From positions 95,110,001-95,174,000 of the forward strand of contig NC_086107.1 in NCBI RefSeq assembly GCF_963921235.1: DNA of 64,000 bases, read 5' to 3'. The position numbers and the translations under genes are program-made. This stretch comes from Mobula hypostoma (Eukaryota). Every line of letters starts with the position of its first letter. The first letter of the stretch is position 1. Positions 24,600 through 38,479 of the stretch are shown piece after piece. Under the pieces are notes generated by a model, which did no database searches, had not been told where the DNA came from, and saw only the letters and a program-made list of their open reading frames with translations.

Positions 24600-27580
24600 T
24601 GACTCTACCTTCTTTTCAGCTGCCTCTTTCAGAACACTAGGGCGTAGTCCATCTGTTCCAGGTGACTTATCACCTTCAGACCTATCAGCTTCCCAAGCAC
24701 CTTCTCCTTAGTAATAGCAATTACACTCACATCTGGCCCCTGACTCTCTTGAACTTCCAGCATACAGTGAAAACTGATGCAAAATACTTATCAAGTTCAT
24801 CCGCCATTTCTTTGTCTACACTTTTGTTTCTTCTATCAAAGTGCATGACGATATACTTCCTGACGCTGTATTCCATATGCCACTTCTTTGCCCATTCTCC
24901 TAATCTGTCTAGGTCCTTCTGTAACCTCTCTGCTTCTTTCAAAATCATTGACATATAACGTGAAAAGAAGCAGTCCCAACAAACCCCTGTGGAACAACAC
25001 TAGTCACTGTCAGCTAGCCAGAAAAGGCTCCCTTAATTCCCATTCTGTACCTCTGGACAATCAGCCAATGCTCCTCCACCCATACTAGTACCTTTCCTGT
25101 AATAATACCATGGAGTTTTAACTTGTTAAGCGGCCTCATGTGTGGTACCTTGTCAACAGCCTTCTAAAAATCTTATGTACACAACATCCACCAATTTTCC
25201 TTTGTCTATCCTGCTTGTTATTTCTTCAAATAGTTCCAATAGATTTTTCCCTTGAGGAAACCATGCTAACTACAGCCTGTTTTATTATGTGCCTCCAAGT
25301 ACCCTGAGACCTCATCCTTAATAATCCACTTCAATATCTTCCCAATCACTAAGGTCAGACTAACTGGCCTCTAATGTCCTTTCTTTTGCCTATCTTCCTT
25401 CTTGAAGAGTGGAGTGACATTTGCAATTTTCCACTCCTCTGGAATCATGCCAGAATCTATTGTTTCTTGAAATATCATTACTGACATCTCCAGAATCTCT
25501 TCAGCCACCTCTTTCAGAACCCAGGGGTGTAGAACATCTGGTCCAGGTGACTTATCTACCTCCAGACCTTTCAGTTTCCCATACAGCTTCTCTCTTGTAA
25601 TGACAACTTGACATACTTCTACCCCCTGGCACTCTCAAGCTTCCGGCATAGTGCTAGTGTCTTCCACAGTGAAGATTGATGTAAAGTACTTAGTCAGTTC
25701 ATCCACCATTTTCTTGTCCCCTTCCCCCCCCCCCCCCCATTACTACCTCTCCAGCATCAGTTTTCAGTGGTCGGATATCTACTCTCGCCTCTCTTCTACA
25801 CTTATATGTGTGTGTGAAGAAACTAGAAACTTTTGGTATCCATCCTTTCCTTCTTTATGATTTTTAGTTGCCTTCTATTAGTTTTTAAAAGCTTTCCAAT
25901 CCTCTAATTTCCCACTAATTTTTGCTATATTGTATGCCCTCTCTTTGGCCTTTATGTTGGCTTGGGACTTCTCTTCTTAGCCTCAGTTGCATTATCCTGC
26001 CTTTCGAATACTTCGTCTTTGGGATGTATATATCCTGCGCCTTCCGGATTGCTCCAAGAAATTCAAGCCATTGCTGCTTTGCTGTCATCCCTGCTAGTGT
26101 TCCCTTCCAATCAATTTTGGCCATCTCCTCTCTTAAGCCTCGTTAATTCCCTTCACTCCTTTGTAATGCTGATGCATCTTCAACTTTAGCTTCTCCTCAA
26201 ATTGCAGGGTGAATTCTAAGATATTATGATCACTGACCCCTAAGGGTCCCTTTACCTTAAGTTCTAATCAATTCCAGCTCATTGAACAGCATCCAATCTA
26301 GAACAGCTGATCCCAGGTGGGCTCAAACACGAGCTGCTCTAAAAAGCCATTTCGTAGGCAATCTACAAATTCCCTCTTTTGGGATACAGCACCAACCTGA
26401 TTTTCTCAATCTGTCTGCATATTGAAATCCCCCATGACTATCATAACATTGCCCCTTTGACATGCATTTCTATCTCTTGTAATTTGTAGACCACATCTTT
26501 ACTGCTGTTTGGAGATCTGTAAATAACTCCCCTCAGGGTCTTTTTACACTTGCAGCTTCTTAGCTCTACTCACAACCATTCTACACCTTCTGATCCTATT
26601 TCCTCTTTCTAATAATTTCATTTTTTTGCCAACAGAGCCACCCCACCACTTCTACCCACCTGCTTGTCCTTTCAATACATTGTGTATCCTTGGACATTAA
26701 GCTCCCTGCAGAAATCTTCTTTCAACCACGATTCAGTGATGCCCACAACGTTATACATGCCAAACAGTGCTGCAAGTTCATCTGCCTTATTCGGTATGCT
26801 GTGTGCATTCAAATGTAACACCTTCAGTCCTGTTTTGTCACCCTTTTCAATTTTGTCCCCCTTTTACATTGCAACTCATCCCATTCACTGCAATTTTGCC
26901 CAGCCACTACACTACACACTGCCTGTGTTTGTAAACTAACTACCCCATCCTCAACCCTATCACTCTGGTCACCATCCCCCTGCCAAATTAGTTGAAACCC
27001 TCCTGTACAGCACCACTAAACCTGTCTGCACGGATATTGGTCCCCTTTAGGTTCAGATGTAATCCATCCCTTTTACACAGGTCATACCTTCCCCAGAAGA
27101 GATCCCACTGATCCAGTAATCTGAAATGCTGCCCCCTGCACCAGTTCCTCAGCCACACATTCATCTGTTAAATCATCCTTTTCTCACCCTCACTGACATG
27201 TGGCACAGGCAGCAATCCAGAGATTGCCAACCCAATAGTCCTGGTTTTTAGCTTTCTACTTGCAGTGGCTTCCTGAAATCTCTCTTCAGAATCTCATCTC
27301 CTTTCCTACCTATGTCATTGGTGCCAATATGTACCAAGACTTCGAGCTGCTCATCCTCCCCCTTTAGAAAGCCATGGACCCAATCCAAGACATCTAACGT
27401 AAGCATTCTACAAATTCCTTTCCTTGGGATCCAGCACCAACCTAATTTTCCCAATTTACCTACATATTGAAATCCCCATGAGTATTGTAACATTGCCTTT
27501 TTTACATGCCTTTTCTATTTCCCATTGTCATTTGTGTCTCACAGCCACTGTCCGGGGGCCTGTATATAACTCCCATCAGG
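24600..27580 (-). mobile_element. Degraded CR1 LINE segments (ORF1 esterase, APE, RT pieces)
   Basis: VLVHIGTNDIG, AKIDWKGTL and LQKDLDRLGEW motifs. Confidence 0.75.
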
Positions 27581-27589
27581 GTCTTTTTA

Positions 27590-29810
27590 CCCTTGCTGTT
27601 GAGTGTGTGTCTTCAGGCTCCTGGAGCTCCTTGTTGCTGGTAGCAATGAAAGGAGGGTATGTTCAGGGTGTTGAGGGTCTTTAATGATGGATGCTGCCTT
27701 ATTGGGGCATAGCCTTTTGAAGATTTCCTTAGTGCTGGGGAAGCTAGTGCCCATGATGGAACTGGCTGAATTTGCAATTTTTCCAGTACTGTGCAGTGGC
27801 AACCTATTAGAATGTTCTCCATGGTACATCTGTATGAATTTGTAAGAGTCCTTGGTGACATTACCGAGTCTCTTCAGACTCCGAATGAAGTACAGCTGCT
27901 GTTCTGCCTTCTGTGTAATTGCATCAATATGCTGGGCCTAGGATAGATCTTCAGAGATGTTGGCACCCAGGAACTTGAAGCTGCTCACCCTTTCCACTTC
28001 TGATCCGTCAGTGAGAACTGGTGTATTGGTGTGCTGGATCCAGGACAAGTCACCTAAGATGCTAATGTCCAGGGATTTAAAACTGCTGGCTCTCTGCACT
28101 GCCAACCCTGCCCCCAATGTAGACTGGAGTACATTCACCCTACTTCCCCTTGTTGAAGTCAATGATGAGATCTTTAGTTTTGCTGACGTGAAGTGAGAGC
28201 CTGTTGTGGTACCACTCAACCAGGTAACCTCTCTGGCTCCAGTACACTGACTCATCTCCACCCGCGACTCGCCTATCAGCAGTGGTATTGTCAGCAAATG
28301 TGTAGATGGCGTTGGAACTATGTTTAGCCATGCAGTCATTTTGTACCTGTGGAATAGAGCAGAGAGCAACACGCATAGCTTGATGTGTGCCTGTGTTGAT
28401 GGTTGGCGAGGTGAAGACATTTTTCTCAATCCTCATGGATTGAGTTCTCGTGATGAGGAGGAGAAGATCTTGGAAAGGCCAGTCTAGAGGTGAGGTTTGG
28501 GACTGCACAAGACTCAGAAAGCAACAAATATTTACTTCAGAATGAGAATCAGGTTTATTATCACTGATGTACATCATTAATTTATTGTTTTAAGGTGGCA
28601 GCAAGTAAAATGCATAAAATGATGGTGTTATAAAAATAAATAATCAGTGCAAAAGAGGATTAACGAGGTGTCCACGGACCATTCAGAAATCTGATGGTGG
28701 AGGGGAAGAAGCTGTTCCTAAAATATTGAGTGTGGGTCTTCGGGCTCCTGTATCTCCTCCCCAATAGTAGTAACAAGAAAAGGACATGCCCTGGGTGGTG
28801 AAGATACTTAGTGATGGATGCTGCCTCTTGAAGATGCCCTCCACAGTGGGGAGGGTTGTGCCCATTATGGAGCCTGCTGAGCCTACAACCCTCTGCAGCC
28901 TCTTGCAATCCTGTGCATTGGCCTTGCCATGCCAAACTGTGATGCAACCAGTCAGAATGCTGTCCACGTTACATTTGTAGAAACTTTGGTGACATACCAA
29001 ATCTCCTCAAACTTCTAATGAAGTAGAGTTTCTGGTGTGCCTTCTTCATGATTGCATCAATATGTTGGGCCCAGGATAGATCTTCAGCAATGTTGACACC
29101 CTGGGACTTCAAGCTGCTCACCCTTTCCATTGATGACTCCTCAGTGAGAACTGGTGTGTGTTCCCATGACTTCCCATTCCAGAAGACCACAGTCAAACAC
29201 CTTGTTCTTACTGATACTGACTGCAAGGTTGTTGCTGTGACACCACTCAACTGGCTGATCTACCTCACTCCTGTATGCCTCCTCATCACTGTCTAAGGTT
29301 CTAACAATAATTTTACATTGTAGAGTCTATGCATGATGCTGGAGAGGCAGACAGCGTCAGAAAAATGTACAGGAAGGAGATAGTGAACCTAGTGACATGG
29401 TGTCATGAAAACAACCTTTCCCTCAATGTCATCAAAACAAAACAGATGCTCAGTGACTTCAGGAGTGGTGGTGTTGGAGGGAGAGATGGTATACATTATC
29501 TTGCCTACATCAACAGTGTTGAGGTCAAGAGAGTTGAGAGCTTCATGTTCCTTGGTGTGAACATCACCGTTAGCCTGACCTGGTCCAAGCATGGAGACAC
29601 CATGGCCCAGAGAGGTCAGTAGTGCTTCTACTTCATCAGGCGGCTGAAGAAATTTGTCATGTCCCCGTCAACCCTCACCAGTTTTTATCGATGCACCACA
29701 GGAAGTATCCTATCCAGATGTATCACACTTATTGAAGCAAATTCTCTGCCAAGAAACCACAGAGAGTTGTGGACACAGCTCAACACATCAGAGACACCAG
29801 CCTCCTCTCT
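27590..29810. mobile_element. Cluster of Rex/Babar-like non-LTR 3' fragments
   Basis: Repeated VERVSSFKFLG.NISEDLSW and SILTGCITVW motifs on both strands. Confidence 0.55.
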
Positions 29811-30205
29811 ATAAGTATAGAAAAGTACAGCACAGAAACAGGCTCTTCAGCCCATCTAGTCCATGCTGAACCATTTAAACTGCTTACCCCCATCCACCTG
29901 CACTGGGACCATAGTTCTCCATCCCTACCATCCCTGTACCTATGCAAACCTCTTAAATGTTGAAATTGAGCTTGACTGTACCACTTGTTCCATACTCTCG
30001 AAACCCACTGAATGAAGTTGTTCCCCTTAAACCTTTCACCTTTAACCCAAGACCTCTGGTTGTAGTTCCACCCAACCTCAGTGGAAAAAGCTTGCTTGGG
30101 TTTACCCTATCTATACCTCTCATTATTTTGTATACCTCTATCAAATCTCCTCTCAAACTTCTATGTTCCAAGGAATAAAGTCCTAACCTATTCAGTCTTT
30201 CCTCT

Positions 30206-30456
30206 AAGCAACACACATCAAAGTTGCTGGTGAACGCAGCCTCCTCCTGTCTTCTCCTATCATTTTGGATCTCCCCCTCCCCCTTCCACTTTCAAATCTC
30301 TTACTAACTCTTCCTTCAGTTAGTCCTGACGAAGGGTCTCGACCCGAAACATCAACTGTACCTCTTCCTAGAGATACTGCCTGGCCTGCTGCGTTCACCA
30401 GCAACTTTGATGTGTGTTGCTTGAATTTCCAGCGTCTGCAGAAGTCCTCGTGTTTG
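30206..30456 (+). mobile_element. Penelope-like pLTR with inverted 5' piece and degenerate hammerhead motif
   Basis: 30206-30240 is the reverse complement of ~30388-30422. AGTC-CTGACGA-stem-GAAA-CATC-AACT at 30322-30357. Confidence 0.7.
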
Positions 30457-31817
30457 CAAACTTTCCTCTTTTTGTTTTCATAACCAGGGTCTCAATATCT
30501 CTTTAAAAATAAGGTTCCCTACATCAGTTATCTTTACCTTTTATTCTGACGGACAAGTTTTCTTTTCTTTTTCAATCTTTTTATTCGTTTCATAAAAATA
30601 AACATAACATGGTAATGGTACAAAGTTATTGGGAATACATTGTTATAATTAGCATAAGTGATAATAAAACCAGTTGACACTTAAATGATAAAACTCCCAA
30701 TCATATAGGATACAAGTGAACAATATAAAACAAAGAAAAATATCTAAAAAAAATCATGAAAAAGGAAAAAAAAATTATAACCCCCCCCCCCAAAAAAAAC
30801 AGAACCAAACAGAATTAATCAACTAAACTAAAAAAAAAGACATGGGCTGTTTTGTAACATCGTAAAAAAAGAGAAAACCTTAGTGTCGACGACTCTGTTC
30901 CTCTCAACCAATATTACAAAGAAATAAAATAAGTTTTGAAAAGGTCAAATTACATCATATGAAAATGTTGAATAAATGGCCTCCAAGTCTTTTCGAATTT
31001 AATAGAGGGATCATAAACAACACTTCTATTTTTTTTCCAAAGTTAAACACAGCATAGTTTGAGAAAACCAATGAAATGTGGTAGGAGGATTAATCTCTTT
31101 CCAATTCAGCAAAATGGATCTTCTAGCCATTAAAGTAAGAAATGCAATCACCCGATGAACTGAAGAGGTTAAGTGATTTGATTCTATCATTGGTAACCCA
31201 AAAATAGCAGTAATTGGGTGAGGTTGTAAGTCTATATTCAGAACTATTGAAATAATATCAAAAATATCCAATATTGTTTCAACAAAGGACATGACCAAAA
31301 CATGTGAGCTAAAGAAGCTATCTTGGAATGACATCTATCACATATATGATTTATATAAGAGTAATAATGAGATAGTTTATCTTTGGACATGTGAGCCCTG
31401 TGCACTGCTTTAAACTGTATCAACCCATGTTTAGCACATATAGATGAATTTTTTCCCATTTTTCAATCGGTACAGTGATCTTAAGTTCTCTTTCCCAATC
31501 AGTTTTAATTTTATTAGATACATCAGGACATAAATTCATAATTATATTATAAATAATTGCTACAACACCTTTCTGAAAAAGATTTAAATCTAAATATTTT
31601 TCCAAAATATCCATTGGATATAAATGTGGAAAATTAGGAGAAACAGTAATTAAAAAGTTTCTAACCTGTAGATATCTAAAAAAAAAGTGAGATCTAGGCA
31701 AATTATATTTATTAGATGTAAACAACAGGAATTCTGCAGATGCTGGAAATTCAAGCAACATACATCAAAGTTGCTGGTGAACGCAGCAGGCCAGGCAGCA
31801 TCTATAGGAAGAGGCGC

Positions 31818-31853
31818 AGTCGACGTTTCAGGCCGAGACCCTTCGTCAGGACT
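31818..31853 (-). ncRNA. Minimal type I hammerhead ribozyme motif (mirror copy)
   Basis: Exact reverse complement of 31920-31955. Confidence 0.75.
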
Positions 31854-31919
31854 AACTGAAGGAAGAGTGAGTAAGGGATTTGAAAGCTTTCAAATCCCTT
31901 ACTCACTCTTCCTTCAGTT

Positions 31920-31955
31920 AGTCCTGACGAAGGGTCTCGGCCTGAAACGTCGACT
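31920..31955 (+). ncRNA. Minimal type I hammerhead ribozyme motif
   Basis: AGTC-CTGACGA-AGGGTCTCGGCCT-GAAA-CG-TC-GACT: helix I AGTC/GACT, conserved CUGANGA and GAAA cores, GUC cleavage triplet, self-complementary ACGT helix III. Confidence 0.75.
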
Positions 31956-34900
31956 GCGCCTCTTCCTATAGATGCTGCCTGGCCTGCTGCGTTCACCAGC
32001 AACTTTGATGTATGTTGCTTATATTTATTAGATGGTTGTTCGAAGGACATAAAACAATTATCCAAAAATAAATCACAAAATCATACTATACCTTTGATTT
32101 TCCTATCTAAATAAGATTGATCCATAGTGGAAGGATGGACAAGTTGTATACTCTCAAAATTACACTTCTGAAGGCCTCCCACTTGCCAAGTACAACTTGG
32201 CAAGAAAACAGCCTGACCCAATTCACACTTGCCAGATCTTCTCTGATAACATCAAAATTGGCCTTTGACCAATTTAGAATCTCAACCTGTGGACCAGACC
32301 TATCTTTTTTACATATTTACTTTGAAACTAATGGCATTGTGATCACGAGATACAAAGTGTTCCCCTTGCACAAACTTCTGTCACCTGCCCTGTCTCATTC
32401 CCGAATAAGAAATCAAGTATTGCGCACTCTCTTGTTGGGAATTCTGTGTACTGATTAAGGAAACTTTTATGAAAGCATTTGACAAACTCTATCCCATATA
32501 GTCCTTTTACAGTATGGGAGTCCCAGTCGATATGTGAAAAGTTAAAATCACCTTCTTTAACAACCTTGTGTTGTTTTGCGACAGTCTGCAATCTCTACAA
32601 ATTTGTTCCTTTAAATAGCTTGGTGATCTGTAATATAACCCCTTTAACATGGTCAGACCTTCTTATTTCTCAGTTCCACCTATAACACCTCACTGGATGA
32701 GTTCTCCAGTCTGTTCTGACTGAGCACTGCCGTGACGTTTTCCCTGACTGGTAACACCATTCCTCCTCCTTTAATGCCTCCTGCTCTGTTGCAACGGAAC
32801 CCTGGAACACTGAGCTGACAGTCCTGCCCCTCCTGCAACCAGCTCTCACTAAAGGCTACAATATTATACTTCCATGTGTTGATCCATGCCGAGTTCATCT
32901 GCCTTTCTGAAGGTACAATGATGCATTGAAATATACACAGCTCAGGACACTAGTCACACCGTGCTCAACTTTTTGATTCCTGACTTTGTCTGAGATCTTA
33001 ACCACATCTGTCTCCACAACCTCTCCACTAACTGTTCTGGCAACCTGGTTCCCATCCCCTGCAACTCTATGGGCTCTTTACACCCCACTGCTTTGAGAAA
33101 GCAGCCAGCTCAATCAAAGACCTGGATATTCTCTTTTCACCCCTCTCCCATTGTGCAGAAGATGCAAAAGTGTGAAAGCACATCCCACCAGGCTTCTACC
33201 CCAATGTTATCAGACTATTGAACCACCTTTAATACAATAAGATGGGGTCTTGATCTCACACTCCAGCTTGCTATGATCTTGCACCTGATTGCCTGCTTGC
33301 ACTTTATCTTTCTCATCTTATTCTGCATTCTTTTATTGTCTTATTTTGTTCTACCTCAATACATTGTGTAATGATTTGACCTGTATGAACAGTATACAAG
33401 ACAATCTTTTCACTGAGGCTTCTGTACTTTCTGCACAATTGTAGTAGTGAAAAGAGTGTAGCCTGGATGGTGGTTGCTGCTTTCTTATGGCATTTAGAGG
33501 GACATGCGCCAAATGGGACTAGTTCCGGAAGGGAACTGAGTCAGCATGGATGAGTTGGGCTGAACGGTCTGTATAAGCAAGGGGCACTGGGAATATGTTG
33601 TAAGAGGAGGCTTCCACAGGCCCCCTACCAACTGGGTAGGGATGTGAAGAGCAAAGGAGGTTTAAGCTGCTACCTCTCAAACTGCAAGGAGCAAGAAGGG
33701 CAATGGTGGCAATAAAGAGGTAGGATGTTGCCCTTGGGGAGTAGGGAGGGTGGTGAGATCCCAGCTCCTGTTTCACCACTCTCCATCTACCTATCTATCC
33801 AAGTTCTTCTTAAATGAGACTATTGTACCTGCCTCGTTCCATACACTCACTGCACTTTGGAAAAGTTGCTTCGCAGATCCCCTTTAAACATTTCCCTTCT
33901 CACCTTAAACCTGTGCCCTCTGTTTCTTGGGTCCCTAACCCTGGGAAAAATGACTACATTTATACTTTCTGTGCCTCTTGAGTTACTGGCCAGAGGATCA
34001 AGGCAGAGGATAATACTGCATACAAGAAGCAAAACAGTCTCAGCAAGTGACTAAAGCCATAGGTTTGAAGACAACACTGAAATAGGTGGTGCTTTCATCT
34101 GTGAAGATGGTTATCATGGTTTACAGGGAGAACATGATTAGCTGGGTAAGTGGGCTGAGGAATGGCAAATGGAGTTTAATTTGAATAAGTGCAAAGTTTT
34201 GGTAAGAAATATGACTTTCACAGTGAACGGAGGAACTAAGGATTACAGGTACACAATTCCCTGAGAGTGGTGTCACAGATAGACAGAGTGACGTAGAAGG
34301 TGTTTGGCCATCTGGCCTCCATTAGTCAGGTCACCGGGTACAGAAGTTAGGACGTTATGTTGAAGTGGTGCAAGATATTGATGAGGGCACAGTCAGAGTA
34401 ACGTGTTCTCTTTTGGTCACCCTGCTGCAGGAAAGATGCTGTTAAGCTGGAAAAAGTACAGAGAATTATAGGGATGTTGCCAGGACTCAAGAGACTAAGT
34501 TATGTACCATGGAGAGTATTCTAACTGGCTGCATCACAGTCTGGTATGGTGGGGCTACTGCACAGGATCAAAGTAAGTTGCAGAGTGGTAAAATTAGCCC
34601 CATCATGGGTACTAGCCTCCATAGTATCCAAGACATCTTCAAGGAGCGATGCTTCAAAAAGGCAGTGTCCATCATTGAGCACCCTACCACCCAGGACATG
34701 ACTTCTTCTCATTGTTACCGCTGGGAAGGAGGTATATGAACCTGAGGGGACACGTTCAGCAACTCAGGACAGCTTCTTCCCCTCTGCCATCTGATTTCTG
34801 AATGGGCATTGAAACCACAAACCTATGTCACTATTTTTTAAAATTTTGTTTTTTTTTTGCACTTTTTTTTAACAACTTAATACACACATATATACTTACT

Positions 34901-36762
34901 GTTATGCAGTCCCCCCCCGTTCCCCCTCCCCCCATATCATGTACTGCCACTACAACGTCAACAAATTTCACGACATATGCTGGTGATATTAAACCTGACT
35001 GATGCTGGAGAGAGGTTGGGACTGTATTACTTGGAATATAGGAGACTGAGGTGAGTGACCGCGTACGGAGGTGTATAAAATCATGGTGAATGTGCACTTA
35101 GGCGGCACCGTAGTATGGTGGTTAAAACATGGAACGGCCTACAATGTTGTGCCGATCTTTTAACCTACTCTAAGATCAACCTAACCCTTTCATCCCACAT
35201 AGCCCTGCATTTTTCCTTTCATCTATGCACCTAATTAATAATCTTTCAGATGTCCCTCGCGTATCTGCCTCTGCCGTCACCCTGGCAGTGCGTTTTACAC
35301 ACCCACCACTCTGGGTTTAAAAAAAACTACCTCTTTACACCACCCCCTCCCCGTATGTTAATGCTTTACGGTGCCACTGACATGGTTCAGTTCCCACTGC
35401 CGTCAGAAAGCAGTTTGTACATTCTCCCCGCCACCATATTCCAGAAGATAAACGGGTTAGTAAATTGTGGGCATGTTTAGTCGGTGGTGGAAGCTGTACT
35501 GAGTGACTGTGGTCACAAGCTTGTAGGGACACTCAAACAGGAAGGCTTTTAAATTTCAGGTTGTACTCTATATATTCTCTGATAGTAAATGGAAGCATTG
35601 AAATAGAGTCTATGGCCCTATTTATCCTTGCTAATCCCAATCCCATTTGCCTGCGTGTGGCCCACATCCCTCTGAAGCAGCAGTTCCCAACCCTTTTTAT
35701 GCCATGGACCAATACCATTATCAAGGGGTTTGTGGACCCCAAGTTGGGAACCCCTCCTCTAAATCTTTCCTATCTGTGTATCTGTCCAGGACCTTTTCAA
35801 AGGAGGGAAGTGAGATTAGACTAGAAAGCTTCTTGCTTCAGGGCAAGGTTGATATAAAGCCAATGGCCACAGAGGGGAACTCTTAGTCACTCTGTCTCCT
35901 GTACAATACACAACTCTGAGGTCAAGAGGTTTCAAAGATTCAGGTTCCTAGATGTAAACATCACCAATAGCCAGTCCTGAGCCAGCCATTATTGAAATCA
36001 CAGCTAAGGCTCACCAACCTCTCTACTTCCTTGGGAGCCTTAAGAAATTCAGCATATCCCCCAACAACCCTCACCAATTTTTATTGATTTACTACTGAAA
36101 GCATCCTATCCTGATGCATTTCAGGTTGACACAGCAAATGTTCAGCCAAGACCACAAGAAACTGAAGAGAGTTGTGGACACAGCTCAGCACATTATGGAA
36201 ACCGGCCTCTTCCCCCACGGACACTGTCTACACTTCCTGCTGCAGCAGTAAAGCTGCCAGACTGATGAAAGACACCACCCACCCTGGAGACGTATTCCCT
36301 CTTCACCCCTCTCCCTTTGGGCAGAAGATACAAAAGCCTGGAAGCACATCCCACTAGGCTCAAGGACAGTTTTACCCCACTATTATTAGACTCTGGAATA
36401 GACCTCTTGTACGATAAGATGGACTCTTGATCTCTCAACCTACCTTGGCGTGGTCCTCGCAGGTTATTGCCTGCACTGCACTTTCTTTGTTACACTTTTT
36501 TCTGCATTCTGTTATTGTTTTCCCTTGTGCAACCTCAGTCCACTGACGTGGTGAAACGATCTGTGTGAATGGCATGTGGGCAAAGTGTTTCACTGTTCTG
36601 GGGTACACGTGACAACGACAGTCTAGAGGAGGGACATCTCTGTCAAATCATCGCTCATGAAAGAGGTACTTCCCTCGACTGTCACAGTGTACAGTTGGGA
36701 CATGTGGACAGAACCCTGCCTGGATAATTAACCGCACAACCGATCAGCCGAAGAACAAGCTG

Positions 36763-36768
36763 TTTATT
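36763..36768 (-). terminator. Probable PKMYT1 polyadenylation signal
   Basis: Plus-strand TTTATT (AATAAA on minus) about 510 nt past the stop codon. Confidence 0.7.
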
Positions 36769-37273
36769 TCAAGGAAACATACACAAAAACTCCAGCATTT
36801 TAATATGTACACAACGGCAGTGCGCAGAATGTAATCAGTTCCGATCCCGAGACTACAATACCTGGATCTGATCAGTGAACTCTGAGTGGATTGGGAGGGG
36901 AAAGATAGAGGGAGTGGGGTGGGGAGGGGGAGAGGAACCAGAATTGAACGCACAATACACTCCACTCTCTTGCCATGCAATGATAAAAGCCACCTCTGCC
37001 CACCATTCCACCCATCAAACTGGCAAAAGTATAGCCCAAGAGCCTCCCCCCCACTATGGAACGGTTAGCCCCACCCCCTTCTCCCCTCCCCGCCACCAGC
37101 GCTGCAGCAAAGGTACATCCCCACCCACTGCAGAATGGTGCCACAGTTTTCACACCTTCCCAGCTCCTCAGGAATGGTACTCCCCTGCCCGTACCCAATA
37201 CCGCCAGAAAAGGATTCATCCATACATCCCTATAAAATAACCATCACCACCCCCCCACAAAACAGTAATGCAC

Positions 37274-37427
37274 TCAGTCACATTCGGCTGATTCAAAGAG
37301 GCTGAGCAGGTTGCGGGGCTCCAAGGCTGGCCGGGCAGAAGGGGGGCCCATCCTGTCCTCCTCGGCGAAAGGGAGGGGCGAGTCCCCTCCGATACGGCTG
37401 AGGTTGGGGCTGGCTCGGTAGGATGTC
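37274..37427 (-). CDS. PKMYT1: PKMYT1 last coding exon (7/7)
   Basis: tgcag|G ACA TCC...EPRNLLSLFESAECD*. EPRNLLSLFE is the Myt1 C-terminal RNL cyclin-binding motif. Confidence 0.93.
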
Positions 37428-37519
37428 CTGCAGACAACGAAGGGGTGCGGGAATGGGTGGAGAGAGCAGAGACCAGACACAGTCACAATACCTCAGACAA
37501 CCTGATAGATAAACCCCCT

Positions 37520-38190
37520 AAACCCCTGGATTAGATCCAAGCCTGTAACCCACACCCAGGATCTGTTATTCTTTATATAAACCCACTTCCAGGATCTGTT
37601 ATTCTGTGTATATATATACACACACACAAACACCCAAATGCCTGGATTAGATCCCAGCCTGTAACCCTCTCCTGGGGATCTGTTATTCTATATATAAACA
37701 CCCCGAACATCTGGATTAGATCCCAGCCTGTAACCCTCTCCTGGCGATTATATATAAACCCCATCCCAGCCTGTAGTTCCTGAAATATAACCATGCTGAA
37801 TATGGCACACCTTTGGATACTGGAATGTTCAGCAGTCAGGTTTCGTGGGGTTGATGTGCTCCCTAATGAAGGTCTGGTGACACTGTTGAGAGAGGACAAA
37901 TTACTAATGCCAAAATTCAAGTGTCTCATCCCATCACACACTCCCAGGGTCAGATACAAGGTGAAGCTCCCTCCACACCATCCCATCACACACTCCCAGA
38001 GTCAGAAACGGGGTGAAGATCCCTCTGCACTGTCCCATTACACACCCAGGGTCAGATACAAGGTGAAGCTCCCTCCACACCGTCCCATCACACACTCCCA
38101 GAGTCAGAAACGGGGTGAAGATCCCTCTGCACTGTCCCATTACACGCTCCAAGGGTTAGACATGTAGTGAATCTCCCTCTACACCGTCCA
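37520..38190. repeat. Intronic tandem repeats (~60-bp CTGGATTAGATCCCAGCCTGTAACCC unit; ~50-bp CCCATCACACACTCCCAGGGTCAG unit)
   Basis: Several copies on each side of exon 6; copy number differs in the duplicate at 61400-61940. Confidence 0.8.
37811..37882 (-). CDS. PKMYT1: PKMYT1 coding exon 6/7
   Basis: caacag|T GTC...CAA AG|gtgtgc; VTRPSLGSTSTPRNL; phase compatible with both neighbours. Confidence 0.88.
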
Positions 38191-38219
38191 ACACAGATTT
38201 CTGCTCTCTTCACACTGAC

Positions 38220-38479
38220 CTGCCAGATAGAAAACTGAATTCATTGGATTCGAGGTCCTCGGAGTGAGATGGAAAGAGCTCCTTGGGCAGAGCAGTACTG
38301 TGGTGTCGCTCAAAGAAATCATCCCTGAAGATGCTGTCCTCCCAGTCACTGAAGAGGCTGCTGTCATTTAGGCCGGAGGGAGGGGGAGAAGATGGAGGCG
38401 CACAGGGGCGGCGGAAAAGCAACTGGAGCAGGGGGATGCAGAAAACTTGCCACAGGGAGCAGAGGAGGGACAGCAGCAA
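38220..38479 (-). CDS. PKMYT1: PKMYT1 coding exon 5/7 (membrane-association segment, TPP-like region)
   Basis: ccccag|TTG...GGC AG|gtcagt; LLLSLLCSLWQVF...DSSLFSDWEDS. Confidence 0.9.

Larger units (their letters stand above)
31719..32020. mobile_element. Palindromic Penelope-like pLTR insertion with TSD
   Basis: Perfect palindrome 31753-32020 centred on AAG|CTT (31886/31887). ATATTTATTAGATG is duplicated at 31705-31718 and 32021-32034. Confidence 0.85.
30560..32120 (-). mobile_element. L1/Tx1-type LINE 3' fragment
   Basis: C-terminal CDRC...HMFWSC motif, FFRYLQVR, and an A-rich 3' tail. Confidence 0.75.
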
